Both the position numbers and the translations under genes were made by a program. A stretch of DNA of 64,000 nt, taken from NCBI GenBank assembly GCA_964410915.1, contig CAYPIU010000001.1, positions 150,569-214,568 on the forward strand. The letters are read 5' to 3'. Below are positions 37,225-46,764 of this stretch, in pieces. The notes beneath the pieces were generated by a model, which did no database searches, had not been told where the DNA came from, and saw only the letters and a list, made by a program, of their open reading frames with translations. The stretch is from an uncultured Synergistales bacterium (GTDB lineage: Bacteria; Synergistota; Synergistia; Synergistales; JAFGMB01). Positions within the stretch are counted from its first letter, which is position 1. Each line of letters starts with the position of its first letter.

Positions 37225-38103
37225 TCACTCCCTGTTCAGGGACTTTGAGCCTTGTCCCCACTGGAGTTTTTCCTGCAATAGATAATAATAATCTCTGTCA
37301 GGAAGCATTATAAGATTAATGTTTTTGTCATTAGAGAACATGATCTCTATTCGATCAGATGGAAGTATCTCATAGCCAAGTTGTCCGTCCTGCGTAAGAA
37401 TAAGATCACGATGGTCTCCTTTTGGGATAAGTGTGATCCTGTCTTTTTCACCAAATATGACAGGTCTTGAATATAAAGTATGTGCGCATATTGGCGCGAG
37501 GACCATACAGGGGACATGGGGAGGCACAATGGGTCCTCCAGCTGAAAGTGAATATGCAGTTGAACCGGTTGGAGAACTAACTATTATTCCATCAGTTGGC
37601 AACTGTGCAAAGAAATGATCTTCCACCTTTACTTCAACATTTATAACCCTTGCGAAGGCTCCCTTCGTAAGAACAAGGTCATTAAGTGCATACATAGTAT
37701 ATTTGTGAATATCATGTCTGATCACTTTTCCCTTGAGTACTGATCGTTTTTCAATTCGGATATTTCCCTCAAGGATCTGTTCAATTTCCTGCTCGGCATT
37801 GTCAGGATCACCAGATGCGAGGAAACCAAGATGACCGACATTGATCCCGTAAAGTGGGATACAGCTCCCGAGAACATACCTTCCGGCTCGTAAAAAAGTA
37901 CCGTCACCACCTATAACAATGGCAAGATCTACAATATCTTTCCATTCTTCATCAGTAACACCGGGTGTTCCAAGGATCGCTGCTTCATGTGGAGGCAGTA
38001 CAAATTCAATACCTTTACTGGACCCCCAGCTCAACAATCTATTGGCCATTTTTAAAGCTTCTGGTTTCTGGGTATTTGTTAAAAGACCAATCTTTTTATT
38101 CAT
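37225..38103 (-). CDS. nadK: NAD(+) kinase
   Basis: Motifs GGDGTFLR, NVGHLGFL and SPTGSTAYSLSAGGPI. Confidence 0.92.
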   Translation of the reverse strand: MNKKIGLLTNTQKPEALKMANRLLSWGSSKGIEFVLPPHEAAILGTPGVTDEEWKDIVDLAIVIGGDGTFLRAGRYVLGSCIPLYGINVGHLGFLASGDPDNAEQEIEQILEGNIRIEKRSVLKGKVIRHDIHKYTMYALNDLVLTKGAFARVINVEVKVEDHFFAQLPTDGIIVSSPTGSTAYSLSAGGPIVPPHVPCMVLAPICAHTLYSRPVIFGEKDRITLIPKGDHRDLILTQDGQLGYEILPSDRIEIMFSNDKNINLIMLPDRDYYYLLQEKLQWGQGSKSLNRE

Positions 38104-38129
38104 TCTTTCAGCTCCTGAAGATAACTTTT

Positions 38130-38963
38130 TCAGTTATTCTCTTTATTAAGTTTATTATGCCCTTCAAATACTATCCTGTTTATCATATCTCTGGTTATGT
38201 TTGAATTGTCAGGTTTTACATCAAAGGAGATGTAAAAAAGAAATTCAATATTACCTTTGGGACCCTTTATAGGGGAAAACGCAATATCAAGAAGATCAAG
38301 ATGTGACTTCGTTTCAATAAAATCTGCAATTTCAGTTAAAACTTTATTGTGGACAGAAAGATCCCTGACTACTCCATTTTTACCAACTTTTTCCCTTCCG
38401 GCTTCAAACTGTGGTTTTACAAGACATATGATCCTGCCTCCTGGAGCGATCAGCGTTTCAATTGCGGGGAAGATCTTTGTTAAAGAAATAAAAGAAACGT
38501 CGATAGTAACGAGATCGATCTTTTCAGAGAATCTCTCTGGACCAAGATTGCGAGCATTAGTCCTTTCCATGACTACTACGCGTTCATCATTTCGAAGCTG
38601 CCATGCTAATTGTCCATAACCTACATCTACGGAATAGATCTTTTTTGCTCCCCTCGAAAGAAGGACCTGACAGAAACCTCCTGTTGAGGAACCAACATCA
38701 AGACATATCTTACCAGAAGGATCAACAGGAAATACGTCAAGCGCATGAAGCAGCTTATATGCTCCTCTACTTACCCAGTTATCTTTCTGTCCTCTGATAC
38801 TGACTTCACTACTGATATCTACTCTGGTCCCAGCCTTTTCTATCTTTTCATTATTTACGTAGACCTTACCCTCCAGAATCAAAGCCAATGCTCTGTTCCG
38901 AGACTGTGTCAATCCTTTTTCGACAATAAGAGAATCAAGCCTTGTTTTTTTTGAATTCATCAT
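38130..38963 (-). CDS. tlyA: TlyA family rRNA (cytidine-2'-O)-methyltransferase
   Basis: N-terminal S4 domain (RLDSLIVEKGL..SR..A..LI..G.V) and FtsJ-type methyltransferase motif LDVGSSTGGF. Overlaps the dxs 3' end by 29 nt. Confidence 0.88.
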   Translation of the reverse strand: MMNSKKTRLDSLIVEKGLTQSRNRALALILEGKVYVNNEKIEKAGTRVDISSEVSIRGQKDNWVSRGAYKLLHALDVFPVDPSGKICLDVGSSTGGFCQVLLSRGAKKIYSVDVGYGQLAWQLRNDERVVVMERTNARNLGPERFSEKIDLVTIDVSFISLTKIFPAIETLIAPGGRIICLVKPQFEAGREKVGKNGVVRDLSVHNKVLTEIADFIETKSHLDLLDIAFSPIKGPKGNIEFLFYISFDVKPDNSNITRDMINRIVFEGHNKLNKENN

Positions 38964-40791
38964 ATATCACCATAATATTTTCAGGAGTAAGACCGCATAA
39001 TTCCCACTGTTGTTCAACTGTACCCTGAGGTACAAAAAAGTCAGGAACTCCAAGATTTATTACTTTGCACTTAAAATCATTACTTGCGCATCGGGCAGAA
39101 ATACTCTGTCCTATTCCACCTGATACATAACCGTCTTCAGCCGTAATAACAAGATCGTGGACTTCAAGTAATTTATCAATAGTATTCCAGTCAATCGGTT
39201 TAATCGACCGAATATCAGTGACTGTTGGAGCAGGAAGATCATTCTCAATAGCTGATCTCCGGGTTTTAAGAAGAAATTCTACAGTTTTGCCAAAACCAAT
39301 AAGAAGCCAGTCCTGTCCATGTTCAATTGTTTTACATTTGCCATCAAATGATTCCGGATCGCGGCCCTTCCTTGCCAGTTTTTCATTAATCTTTCCTCTT
39401 GAAAATCGAATTAAGGAAGGTCCACTCCGTTTGTAGGCGTAATCCATCATCAAAACAAGATCTACCTGGTCTCTTGGAGCCATGATCTCAATATTAGGTA
39501 CACTTTTGGTCCATGCTATATCTAGGATGCCTTGATGTGTTTCTCCATCTTCACCGATCAGACCTGCCCTATCAACGGCAATAACTACAGGAAGATCCTG
39601 CATGGCTATATCGTGTACAAGCTGATCCATTGCTCTCTGCATAAAGGTTGAATAAATAAAGACAAAAGGGCGCATTCCCGAGGCAGCCATACCTGCCGCC
39701 ATTGTTAACATATGTTCTTCAGCGATCCCTACATCAAGAAATCTATCAGGGAAACGTTCTGCAAAGTGGTTGAGCTTATTCCCTTCCTTCATTGCTGCAG
39801 TAAAACAAACTACATTTTTGTCTCTGGAGGCAATATTTTCAACAATTTCTGATGCTGCAGCACTCCAGCTCTTTCCAGTACCCTTAGCATATAATGGTGT
39901 GACACCATGATAAAGAGAGGGGCTTTCCTCAGCTTTTGTATGTCCTTTGCCTTTTGTCGTTAGCACATGAATTATTACAGGTTTGTCGTATCTCTTTGCC
40001 AGTTTGATGACTTTCTCCATTTCCACAATATTGTGACCATCAAAAGGACCCCAGTAGTTTATTCCCATTTCGTCAAACAGGTTTTCAGGTTTTAAAAGGC
40101 TCTTGATCTTTTCCTTGGTTATTTTCAAAAAGTTCTCTATATGTTTGCCCTTTGGAAGTTTGTAGGAAGTCCTTTTTACCAGCTCTTTTAAATTACGGTA
40201 AGTATAGTTTGAACTTAATCTGGCAAGATATGTTGCAAATCCACCTATCCTGGGACTTATACACATATGATTATCATTAAGAATAATAATAACCTTGCTG
40301 TTTGATTCCTTACAGTAGTTTAAAGCCTCGAAAGCAAGCCCATTCAGTAGAGCGCCGTCTCCTATTACCGCAACTACTTCGTGTTTTTCTCCCTTTATAT
40401 CTCGTGCTTTTGCAAAACCAAGCGCAGCTGAAATAGATGTACTGCTATGACCAGTATCAAAATGGTCATATATGCTCTCCGTTCTTTTCGGAAAACCGCT
40501 GATACCACCAAACTGTCGCAGTGAATCAAAACTATCAAGTCTTCCGGTCAGAAGTTTGTAAGGATAGCTTTGATGGCCAACATCGAAGATTATTCGGTCA
40601 AATTCAGGATCAAGCTGTCTCAGGATCGAAATAGTAAGTTCAACTGCACCCATAGGAGATCCAAGGTGACCACCATTTATTGATACAACATCGACTATCT
40701 TTTCCCTGATATCTGAAGCTAAAAGTTCCAGAGATTCATAACTAAGTTCTCTCAGATCATGATAATCAGTTATCTTATCTAATATAATCAT
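38935..40791 (-). CDS. dxs: 1-deoxy-D-xylulose-5-phosphate synthase
   Basis: 618 aa with GGHLGSPMG, the TPP motif GDGALLNGLAFEALN and the transketolase-like pyrimidine-binding and C-terminal domains. Confidence 0.95.
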   Translation of the reverse strand: MIILDKITDYHDLRELSYESLELLASDIREKIVDVVSINGGHLGSPMGAVELTISILRQLDPEFDRIIFDVGHQSYPYKLLTGRLDSFDSLRQFGGISGFPKRTESIYDHFDTGHSSTSISAALGFAKARDIKGEKHEVVAVIGDGALLNGLAFEALNYCKESNSKVIIILNDNHMCISPRIGGFATYLARLSSNYTYRNLKELVKRTSYKLPKGKHIENFLKITKEKIKSLLKPENLFDEMGINYWGPFDGHNIVEMEKVIKLAKRYDKPVIIHVLTTKGKGHTKAEESPSLYHGVTPLYAKGTGKSWSAAASEIVENIASRDKNVVCFTAAMKEGNKLNHFAERFPDRFLDVGIAEEHMLTMAAGMAASGMRPFVFIYSTFMQRAMDQLVHDIAMQDLPVVIAVDRAGLIGEDGETHQGILDIAWTKSVPNIEIMAPRDQVDLVLMMDYAYKRSGPSLIRFSRGKINEKLARKGRDPESFDGKCKTIEHGQDWLLIGFGKTVEFLLKTRRSAIENDLPAPTVTDIRSIKPIDWNTIDKLLEVHDLVITAEDGYVSGGIGQSISARCASNDFKCKVINLGVPDFFVPQGTVEQQWELCGLTPENIMVIYDEFKKNKA

Positions 40792-40822
40792 TACTTTCGC
40801 TCCTAATAAACAGTATTTCTTC

Positions 40823-41743
40823 TTATGAAGTTCTCGACTGAAGGTAAAGAGCTAATTGTGAAAAAAAGTTGTTTTTTTCGTTAAAAAGATCCATTGCACA
40901 GGCAAGCGCAGAATCCGATTCCATAACAGCAAAGTCTTTTGCTTTTTCATATCCATAGTTTTTAACAAATGTGATCTTATTCTGTTCAAGGTCTTTCCCT
41001 GTTGTTTTACCAAGTTCAGAGGAGTTACCTTTAATATCGAGCATATCATCGACTATCTGAAAAGCAAGGCCCAGATGTTTTCCATATTCTTTAAGTATGG
41101 AAACCTTATCAGTTTCTGCACTGGCGAGTATAGCTCCAGTTTCAACAGATGCCTGAATAAGTGCGGCTGTTTTCATAGAAGCAATGTCCCATACGAATTC
41201 GGGATCATTTCTCTGACTTTCACGATCTGTATCTAAAACCTGACCTCCGTGAATACCTGTAGCTCCAGCATGTTTAGTCAAAACGGAGACAGCATTGAAA
41301 ATGCAGTCATTATGTATTTTCGATTTACTCAGTATCATTGAGGGATATTCGATTCCGAAAAGAAAAAGAGATGTTCCAGCCAGAAGCGAAAGAGCTTCCC
41401 CAAAGACAATATGATTTGTAGGTTTGCCTCTTCTGAGAGAATCATTGTCCATGCAGGGAAGATCATCATGAATAAGAGAAGCTGTATGGATCATTTCCAG
41501 ACCGAGAGCCATTGGAATAGCTTCTTCCCTTGAAAGTCCAAAAGTTTCCGCCGATTTTAAACACAGAACAGGTCTCAATCGTTTGCCACCTGCATTCAAA
41601 GAGTAAAACATGCATTCCCATAATCTTAGCGGAATATTGTCAGGTTTATTAGAATAGAGATCCTGAATATTGCGGTTAACAAATTCTGTAAGTGAATTAA
41701 ATTCATTAAAGAAGTCGTCAGTAACAGTTTCCTTTATAATCAT
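40823..41743 (-). CDS. ispA: polyprenyl (farnesyl/geranylgeranyl) diphosphate synthase
   Basis: First aspartate-rich motif LIHDDLPCMDNDSLRRG and second motif QIVDDMLD. Confidence 0.9.
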   Translation of the reverse strand: MIIKETVTDDFFNEFNSLTEFVNRNIQDLYSNKPDNIPLRLWECMFYSLNAGGKRLRPVLCLKSAETFGLSREEAIPMALGLEMIHTASLIHDDLPCMDNDSLRRGKPTNHIVFGEALSLLAGTSLFLFGIEYPSMILSKSKIHNDCIFNAVSVLTKHAGATGIHGGQVLDTDRESQRNDPEFVWDIASMKTAALIQASVETGAILASAETDKVSILKEYGKHLGLAFQIVDDMLDIKGNSSELGKTTGKDLEQNKITFVKNYGYEKAKDFAVMESDSALACAMDLFNEKNNFFSQLALYLQSRTS

Positions 41744-41961
41744 TCCTGAAGCTCCTCATATTCTGACCTTGTCAATTCCGTTTCTTTGCCCTCTGACAAT
41801 TTAGTTATTTTCTGCTCCGCTTCATTCAAGAATTTTTGAAGTTCGAGGGTCATCAACATTCCCTTTTCATAAAGTTCCATAGATTCCTCGATAGATAGTT
41901 TTTCTTTTTCAAGTCGATCAACTATCTTTTCAAGATTTGCAAATTCCTCAGAAAAGTTCAT
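41740..41961 (-). CDS. xseB: exodeoxyribonuclease VII small subunit
   Basis: 73 aa and helical: FEE..L..LE.IV..LE...L.LEES..LYE.G. Conserved position upstream of ispA-dxs. Confidence 0.85.
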   Translation of the reverse strand: MNFSEEFANLEKIVDRLEKEKLSIEESMELYEKGMLMTLELQKFLNEAEQKITKLSEGKETELTRSEYEELQE

Positions 41962-41986
41962 TATTTAACCTCCATAGAAAATTTAT

Positions 41987-42016
41987 TTGCCATAACATCT
42001 CAGTATATGCTAAAAT
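41987..42016 (+). promoter_or_regulatory. candidate promoter of rpmB with an extended -10
   Basis: TTGCCA (41987-92)-18 nt-TAAAAT (42011-16), with TGc immediately upstream of the -10. AGAGGAGG RBS lies before ATG 42054. Confidence 0.45.
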
Positions 42017-42053
42017 CCCGTAGTTAAGTGATTTTTTAGAGGAGGCGGCAGCG

Positions 42054-42248
42054 ATGGCTAAAGTCTGTGAATGTTGTGGACGCGGACCTCAGACAGGTAA
42101 TAACGTCAGTCATTCAAACCGACATACCAAAAGACGATGGTTGATCAATCTACAGAGCGTCAAGGTCGATATGGGTGCCGGCGAAAGTAAAAGAATGCAG
42201 ATATGCACCAAGTGTCTGAAATCCGGTAAAGTTAAACGGGCTGTTTAG
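42054..42248 (+). CDS. rpmB: 50S ribosomal protein L28 (Cys-containing, zinc-ribbon form)
   Basis: [32 protein letters not shown]; the second Cys pair is CTKC; 64 aa. Confidence 0.95.
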   Translation: MAKVCECCGRGPQTGNNVSHSNRHTKRRWLINLQSVKVDMGAGESKRMQICTKCLKSGKVKRAV

Positions 42249-42260
42249 TACAGCCCGTTT
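42234..42260. terminator. terminator hairpin between convergent rpmB and thiN
   Basis: AAACGGGCTG (42234-43) and CAGCCCGTTT (42251-60) form a 10-bp stem with a 7-nt loop containing the rpmB stop. On the plus strand it is followed by TTTATTTTT. Confidence 0.75.
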
Positions 42261-42261
42261 T

Positions 42262-42984
42262 TTATTTTTCAAGATAAATACCAAGCCATCCGGAATCTAT
42301 CTCTACCTCTACATGTCCTTTTCCTTCTATCATTTTAACAGAATTACTGATTGAATATGGTTTATAGATTGATAGGTTCGCATCTTTAAGTATCCATTCT
42401 GTTCCCTGGATACTTACGCCATTGCATTTTTCTGACATCGGTAATAACGATAAGTTCCTTACCTGTTCGTTACATTCCAAAGATATTTTTGAATGTCCAT
42501 TTCTGACTGTCAGGATCTCACTATTATCAGCCAATACAACTGTTTTTATACCTCTTTGAACACACCACACGGAAGTAAAGATATTGCTGAAAAGATGATC
42601 AGAACGGCCTCCCCAGCAACCCGAAATAACAAGGGCAAAATTCTTATAATATTTGTCAAGTTGTAAAATGGCGAGCTGCAGATCCGTTAGATCTTTTTTC
42701 ACTGGATATTGCTCAATAAGAACCTTTTTTTCTTTAAGCCAGGTAAGGCTTTCAATTGAAATACTATCAAGATCTCCAACTGCCATTTCAGGAATTATGT
42801 CTGCTTGACGACATATATCTGCTCCACAATCAACAGCCCATACAGTTACTGCTGTGGCAGCCACTTTTTTAAGCCATGCTTTTCCGGGTTTTCTCCCACC
42901 AGCAATTAGAAGGACAGTATCCAGGTCATTTATTTGCGGGTAGCTTATATCAACACCAGGTAGATTTATCTTCATGGTTCTCAA
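42262..42984 (-). CDS. thiN: thiamine diphosphokinase
   Basis: 240 aa with LLIAGGR, AVDCGA, the GDLDS motif (GDFDS-type), K..TDLQLA and a C-terminal thiamine-binding beta domain. Confidence 0.8.
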   Translation of the reverse strand: MRTMKINLPGVDISYPQINDLDTVLLIAGGRKPGKAWLKKVAATAVTVWAVDCGADICRQADIIPEMAVGDLDSISIESLTWLKEKKVLIEQYPVKKDLTDLQLAILQLDKYYKNFALVISGCWGGRSDHLFSNIFTSVWCVQRGIKTVVLADNSEILTVRNGHSKISLECNEQVRNLSLLPMSEKCNGVSIQGTEWILKDANLSIYKPYSISNSVKMIEGKGHVEVEIDSGWLGIYLEK

Positions 42985-42990
42985 AAAAAC

Positions 42991-45264
42991 CTATTTAAGG
43001 TTTTCCGCAAATATTGTATTAGCAGTTTCTTCATCGACGAGTATCTCCCTGGGTTTCGAACCCTCTGGAGGCCCTACTATGCCCATATGCTCAAGTGTAT
43101 CTATCAGCCTTGCTGCTCTTGTAAAACCAATTCGAAGCTGTCGCTGTAGTCGGCTTGCTGAGGCTATCCCTGTATTAAGGACAATATTTACGGCTTCTTC
43201 CAGTAAAGGATCATCAAGATTTGCTACCTGACCGTTACTTTCTTTATCCCCCTGATCTTCAAGATCTACATATTCGGGTTCACCGAAAAGATCCTTCATG
43301 TAATTAACGAAGTTCAAGGATTTAGATTCATCAATGTATGGTGCCTGAACACGAAGAGGTCGAGGATATTTTGAGCTTACAAAAAGCATATCTCCTTTTC
43401 CCAGCAGTTTTTCAGCTCCAGCAAGATCAATGATAGTTCTGGAATCAGCCTGTGAAGGAAGTGTAAACGCGACCCTGGCCGGAATATTAGCTTTTATAAG
43501 ACCGGTTATGACATTTACAGAGGGACGTTGTGTTGCAATAATAAGATGAATTCCAGTTGCCCTCGCCATCTGTGCTATTCTGCATATAAAATCTTCAACT
43601 TCCTTTTGAGCAGTAAACATAAGATCTGCAAGTTCATCAATAATTATGACTATCCTGTTCAGTCTGTCTTTAGGTAAAACTTTTTCGTTATATGATGTGA
43701 TGTTCTTAACCCTTGTCCTGGCAAATATTTCATAGCGATGTTCCATTTCACGAACAGCCCAGCCTAAAGCATGAATTGCTTTTCGCGGATCTACTACTGG
43801 TTTTGAGAGAACGTGAGGAAGTTTTTCATAAATACTCAATTCAACTCTCTTGGGGTCAATAAGCAATAATCTCATTTCATCGGGTTTTCTTGTACTGCAG
43901 AGACCTGTTATACAGCTTGTAATAAATACACTTTTTCCAGATCCAGTGGTTCCAGCTACAAGTAGATGCGGAAGTTCTTCCAGGTTAATGATCAGGGGAT
44001 TTGAATTAACCCTTAAACCCGAGATAAGAGGAAGCACATAGTCAGTATCTGTAAAGTTTTCGTTTTCCATGATAGTTCGTATTGGAACTGCTGTTCTCTG
44101 GGGGTTAGGTATTTCGATACCGACATATGGTTTAAAAGGTATCGGGGCCTCTACTCTGAGAGATGGAACAGCAAGAGCTACAGCGAGGTCGTTGCTCAGT
44201 CCTGCTACTCTGCTGACTTTGATTCCGGGAGCAAGTTGAAGTTGAAACTGTATAACAGTAGGACCAATTACAGTTTCAGCAAGTTCAGCATCGATACCAA
44301 ACTGTGCAAGGGTAGTTATTATCTGTTCTCCCTGTTCTGCGATAAGCTTTTTATCAAAATCAGATGAGCTGTAATTTTCATGACCAAATAGATCAAGAGG
44401 TGGAGGGAATTGACCTGGTTCAATCTCTGGGAAGATCGATCCCTGATCCCCGGCAGAATATGGTTCGGGGAATTGCCCTTCTCCATTAATATCATACTCA
44501 TCTGATTCTTCGGGAGTATCTGTTTCCTGGAAATTCTTGTGTGTATCGATCGGTTTCCCAGCCTCACTGGGTTCAACAGAATGAGAGGGTGCTTTTGCCC
44601 TTTTTTTCTCAGTTCTAATCTTCTTGAACTTACTGAGTTTATCTGAATATACCTTTTTAAGAGCAAGGATCTTTTTTGGACCTGTTAGTAGTGACAGGAT
44701 CTTCTCTTTTATGTTATCGATCTTATCTCGTATAAATCCGATCTTTATAAAACCATAAAGACTTGCAGCAAGAACTGCAAACACGAAGTTTACAAGTATT
44801 GCCCCCAGAGGTCCAGTATTTGTGACAAGAAAATCAGCCAGTGTACGTCCCGCAAATCCAGGTTTTAGGATCTGGTAGTGAAGATCAAAGTTGGAAACAT
44901 TAAATAAACCCAACAGAATAGAACAGCAAATAAAAAGCAGAAATGTTGCTACTATCTGTGAAAAAGGTCTTATGATCTTTTTTCTTAAGAGAAAAGCTAT
45001 ACAGAGATAACCGAAAAAAAGAAGAAGCAGGAGAGAAGCACCACCTGCGCTGTCAAGAATTGCATTTCCGACAGTTTTACCCCACTTCCCGGTCCAGAAT
45101 GTAAAAACCGAGGCCAAAAAGTAAATATCCAGTATCAGAAATAAAAATACGATTATCTGAAAAGTTGCAAGAAATCTGGAAACAATAGCTTCCAGAAAAC
45201 TTTTACTGATATCTGTTTTAGTTTTTTTATTCTTCTTGTTTCCAAGATGCTTAAATAGCTGCAT
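42991..45264 (-). CDS. ftsK: DNA translocase FtsK/SpoIIIE
   Basis: 757 aa with N-terminal TM helices, an acidic/Pro linker, the motor domain with Walker A GTTGSGKS and Walker B IIIDELADL, and a C-terminal gamma winged helix (ASASRLQRQLRIGFTRAARLID). Confidence 0.95.
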   Translation of the reverse strand: MQLFKHLGNKKNKKTKTDISKSFLEAIVSRFLATFQIIVFLFLILDIYFLASVFTFWTGKWGKTVGNAILDSAGGASLLLLLFFGYLCIAFLLRKKIIRPFSQIVATFLLFICCSILLGLFNVSNFDLHYQILKPGFAGRTLADFLVTNTGPLGAILVNFVFAVLAASLYGFIKIGFIRDKIDNIKEKILSLLTGPKKILALKKVYSDKLSKFKKIRTEKKRAKAPSHSVEPSEAGKPIDTHKNFQETDTPEESDEYDINGEGQFPEPYSAGDQGSIFPEIEPGQFPPPLDLFGHENYSSSDFDKKLIAEQGEQIITTLAQFGIDAELAETVIGPTVIQFQLQLAPGIKVSRVAGLSNDLAVALAVPSLRVEAPIPFKPYVGIEIPNPQRTAVPIRTIMENENFTDTDYVLPLISGLRVNSNPLIINLEELPHLLVAGTTGSGKSVFITSCITGLCSTRKPDEMRLLLIDPKRVELSIYEKLPHVLSKPVVDPRKAIHALGWAVREMEHRYEIFARTRVKNITSYNEKVLPKDRLNRIVIIIDELADLMFTAQKEVEDFICRIAQMARATGIHLIIATQRPSVNVITGLIKANIPARVAFTLPSQADSRTIIDLAGAEKLLGKGDMLFVSSKYPRPLRVQAPYIDESKSLNFVNYMKDLFGEPEYVDLEDQGDKESNGQVANLDDPLLEEAVNIVLNTGIASASRLQRQLRIGFTRAARLIDTLEHMGIVGPPEGSKPREILVDEETANTIFAENLK

Positions 45265-46645
45265 TGTTTAATTCTTTTCCTCCTACAGTGATCCTGTTAA
45301 TCAGCACAGTCGGTTGCCCGTCAGTAACAGGAACATTTTGTCCTGATTTGCCGCATACTCCGGGCATAAAAGTAAGATCATCCCCTACAGCTGCAATATC
45401 CATGAGTATCTGCGGTCCATTCCCTATCAATAGTGCTCCTTTTACAGGAAAGGTTATTTTGCCGTTTTCGATCAAATAACCCTCGGTTACCTTGAATACA
45501 AAATCACCAGAGGTTGGATTAACCTCTCCTCCACCCATCTTTTTGACGAAAAGACCCTTATCTACCTCATTTATGATCTTGTCAGGTTTACTTTCTCCCG
45601 CTAATAGATAGGTATTGCTCATTCTTGGTATTGGCATATTTCTGTAAGAGCTTCTTCTGGCATTGCCGGAAAGGGGAAGTCCTCCCCTTTTAGCTGACAT
45701 ATAGTCAGTCAGTTGTGATTTAAGTATACCATTTTCGATAAGAATATTCTCTCTGGATGGATTACCTTCATCATCATAAATATAGCTGCCATACATGTTT
45801 TCCATTCTTGAGTTGTCCACAAGAGTAACCAATGGGCTGGCAACTTTCTGTCCGGTCTTGTTACGATATACCGAAAAGTCTTTCTGCATTATATCTGCTT
45901 CCAATCCATGCCCACATGCTTCATGGATCATAGTACCGCCCGCTTCTCCTGAAAGAACTACTTTCATATTACCGGCGGGACACTCTGGAGCATCAAGCAT
46001 TAGCAAAGCCCGATCGAGAGCTAGTTTTGACAGTTTAAAGGGATCGCACATTTCCCAGAATTTATCTGAGCAAGTGGATGATGCCTGGCTTTCTGAGGCT
46101 GTCTGGATCACACCATTTTTCTCCACAATTACCTGTACAAGAAAAGTTGAATAAAATCTCGATTCCTCGGTGTATTCACCACTACTTTTCAGAATTAATA
46201 TATTTTTGGCAGATAGATCATGTCTTATGGTCACCTGAGTTAATAGATCGGAGCTATGTCTGAGGAAAGTGTCTATCTTATGCATGAAGTTAATATCCGG
46301 AGAAGGAAGACTTCTCTGTTCTGGTAATATTTCAGTTTCCCTCAGGATACCACTGTCTGAATAATTAAATGGGATCCCAAGATTCTTTGAAGCCTCATTA
46401 ATACATTCTACTATCTCTTTTTCTGTATATACAGGAGAGTGCACGTAAGCAGAATTTTCTCCTCCAATGATTCGTATTCCAGATCCTCCTGAAATTGATG
46501 ATCCTATCTCTTCTATAACTCCACCTTCAAAATAGACACTGTGACCTCTGCCTCTTTCAATATATACATCAGAATAATCAGCACCTGCTTTACAAACTTT
46601 TTCAAGAATGTTTAGCAATCTGTTGGGATGGAACTCAATATTCAA
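45251..46645 (-). CDS. tldD: TldD-family metalloprotease
   Basis: 464 aa with a TTG start after AGGAGG. Carries the HExxxGH motif (IHEACGHGLEAD) and the TldD/PmbA C-terminal fold motifs. Confidence 0.88.
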   Translation of the reverse strand: MNIEFHPNRLLNILEKVCKAGADYSDVYIERGRGHSVYFEGGVIEEIGSSISGGSGIRIIGGENSAYVHSPVYTEKEIVECINEASKNLGIPFNYSDSGILRETEILPEQRSLPSPDINFMHKIDTFLRHSSDLLTQVTIRHDLSAKNILILKSSGEYTEESRFYSTFLVQVIVEKNGVIQTASESQASSTCSDKFWEMCDPFKLSKLALDRALLMLDAPECPAGNMKVVLSGEAGGTMIHEACGHGLEADIMQKDFSVYRNKTGQKVASPLVTLVDNSRMENMYGSYIYDDEGNPSRENILIENGILKSQLTDYMSAKRGGLPLSGNARRSSYRNMPIPRMSNTYLLAGESKPDKIINEVDKGLFVKKMGGGEVNPTSGDFVFKVTEGYLIENGKITFPVKGALLIGNGPQILMDIAAVGDDLTFMPGVCGKSGQNVPVTDGQPTVLINRITVGGKELNNAAI

Positions 46646-46764
46646 TAGTCAACCTCCTGGTTGTAAAGGATCCGTTGTCGAACAAATTTTAAAAACGTGG
46701 CAGACCATAAAAAACAACATAAAGGATCGTGATCTTTCTGAAAAAGAACGAATATAATTTAAAA

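Noticed and set aside
42985-42990. I looked for a TPP riboswitch ahead of thiN, a preQ1 riboswitch ahead of queA (52947-52992) and a T-box or other leader ahead of nadE.
   Set aside because: The upstream spacers (6, 46 and 101 nt) are too short or lack the characteristic conserved sequence elements.
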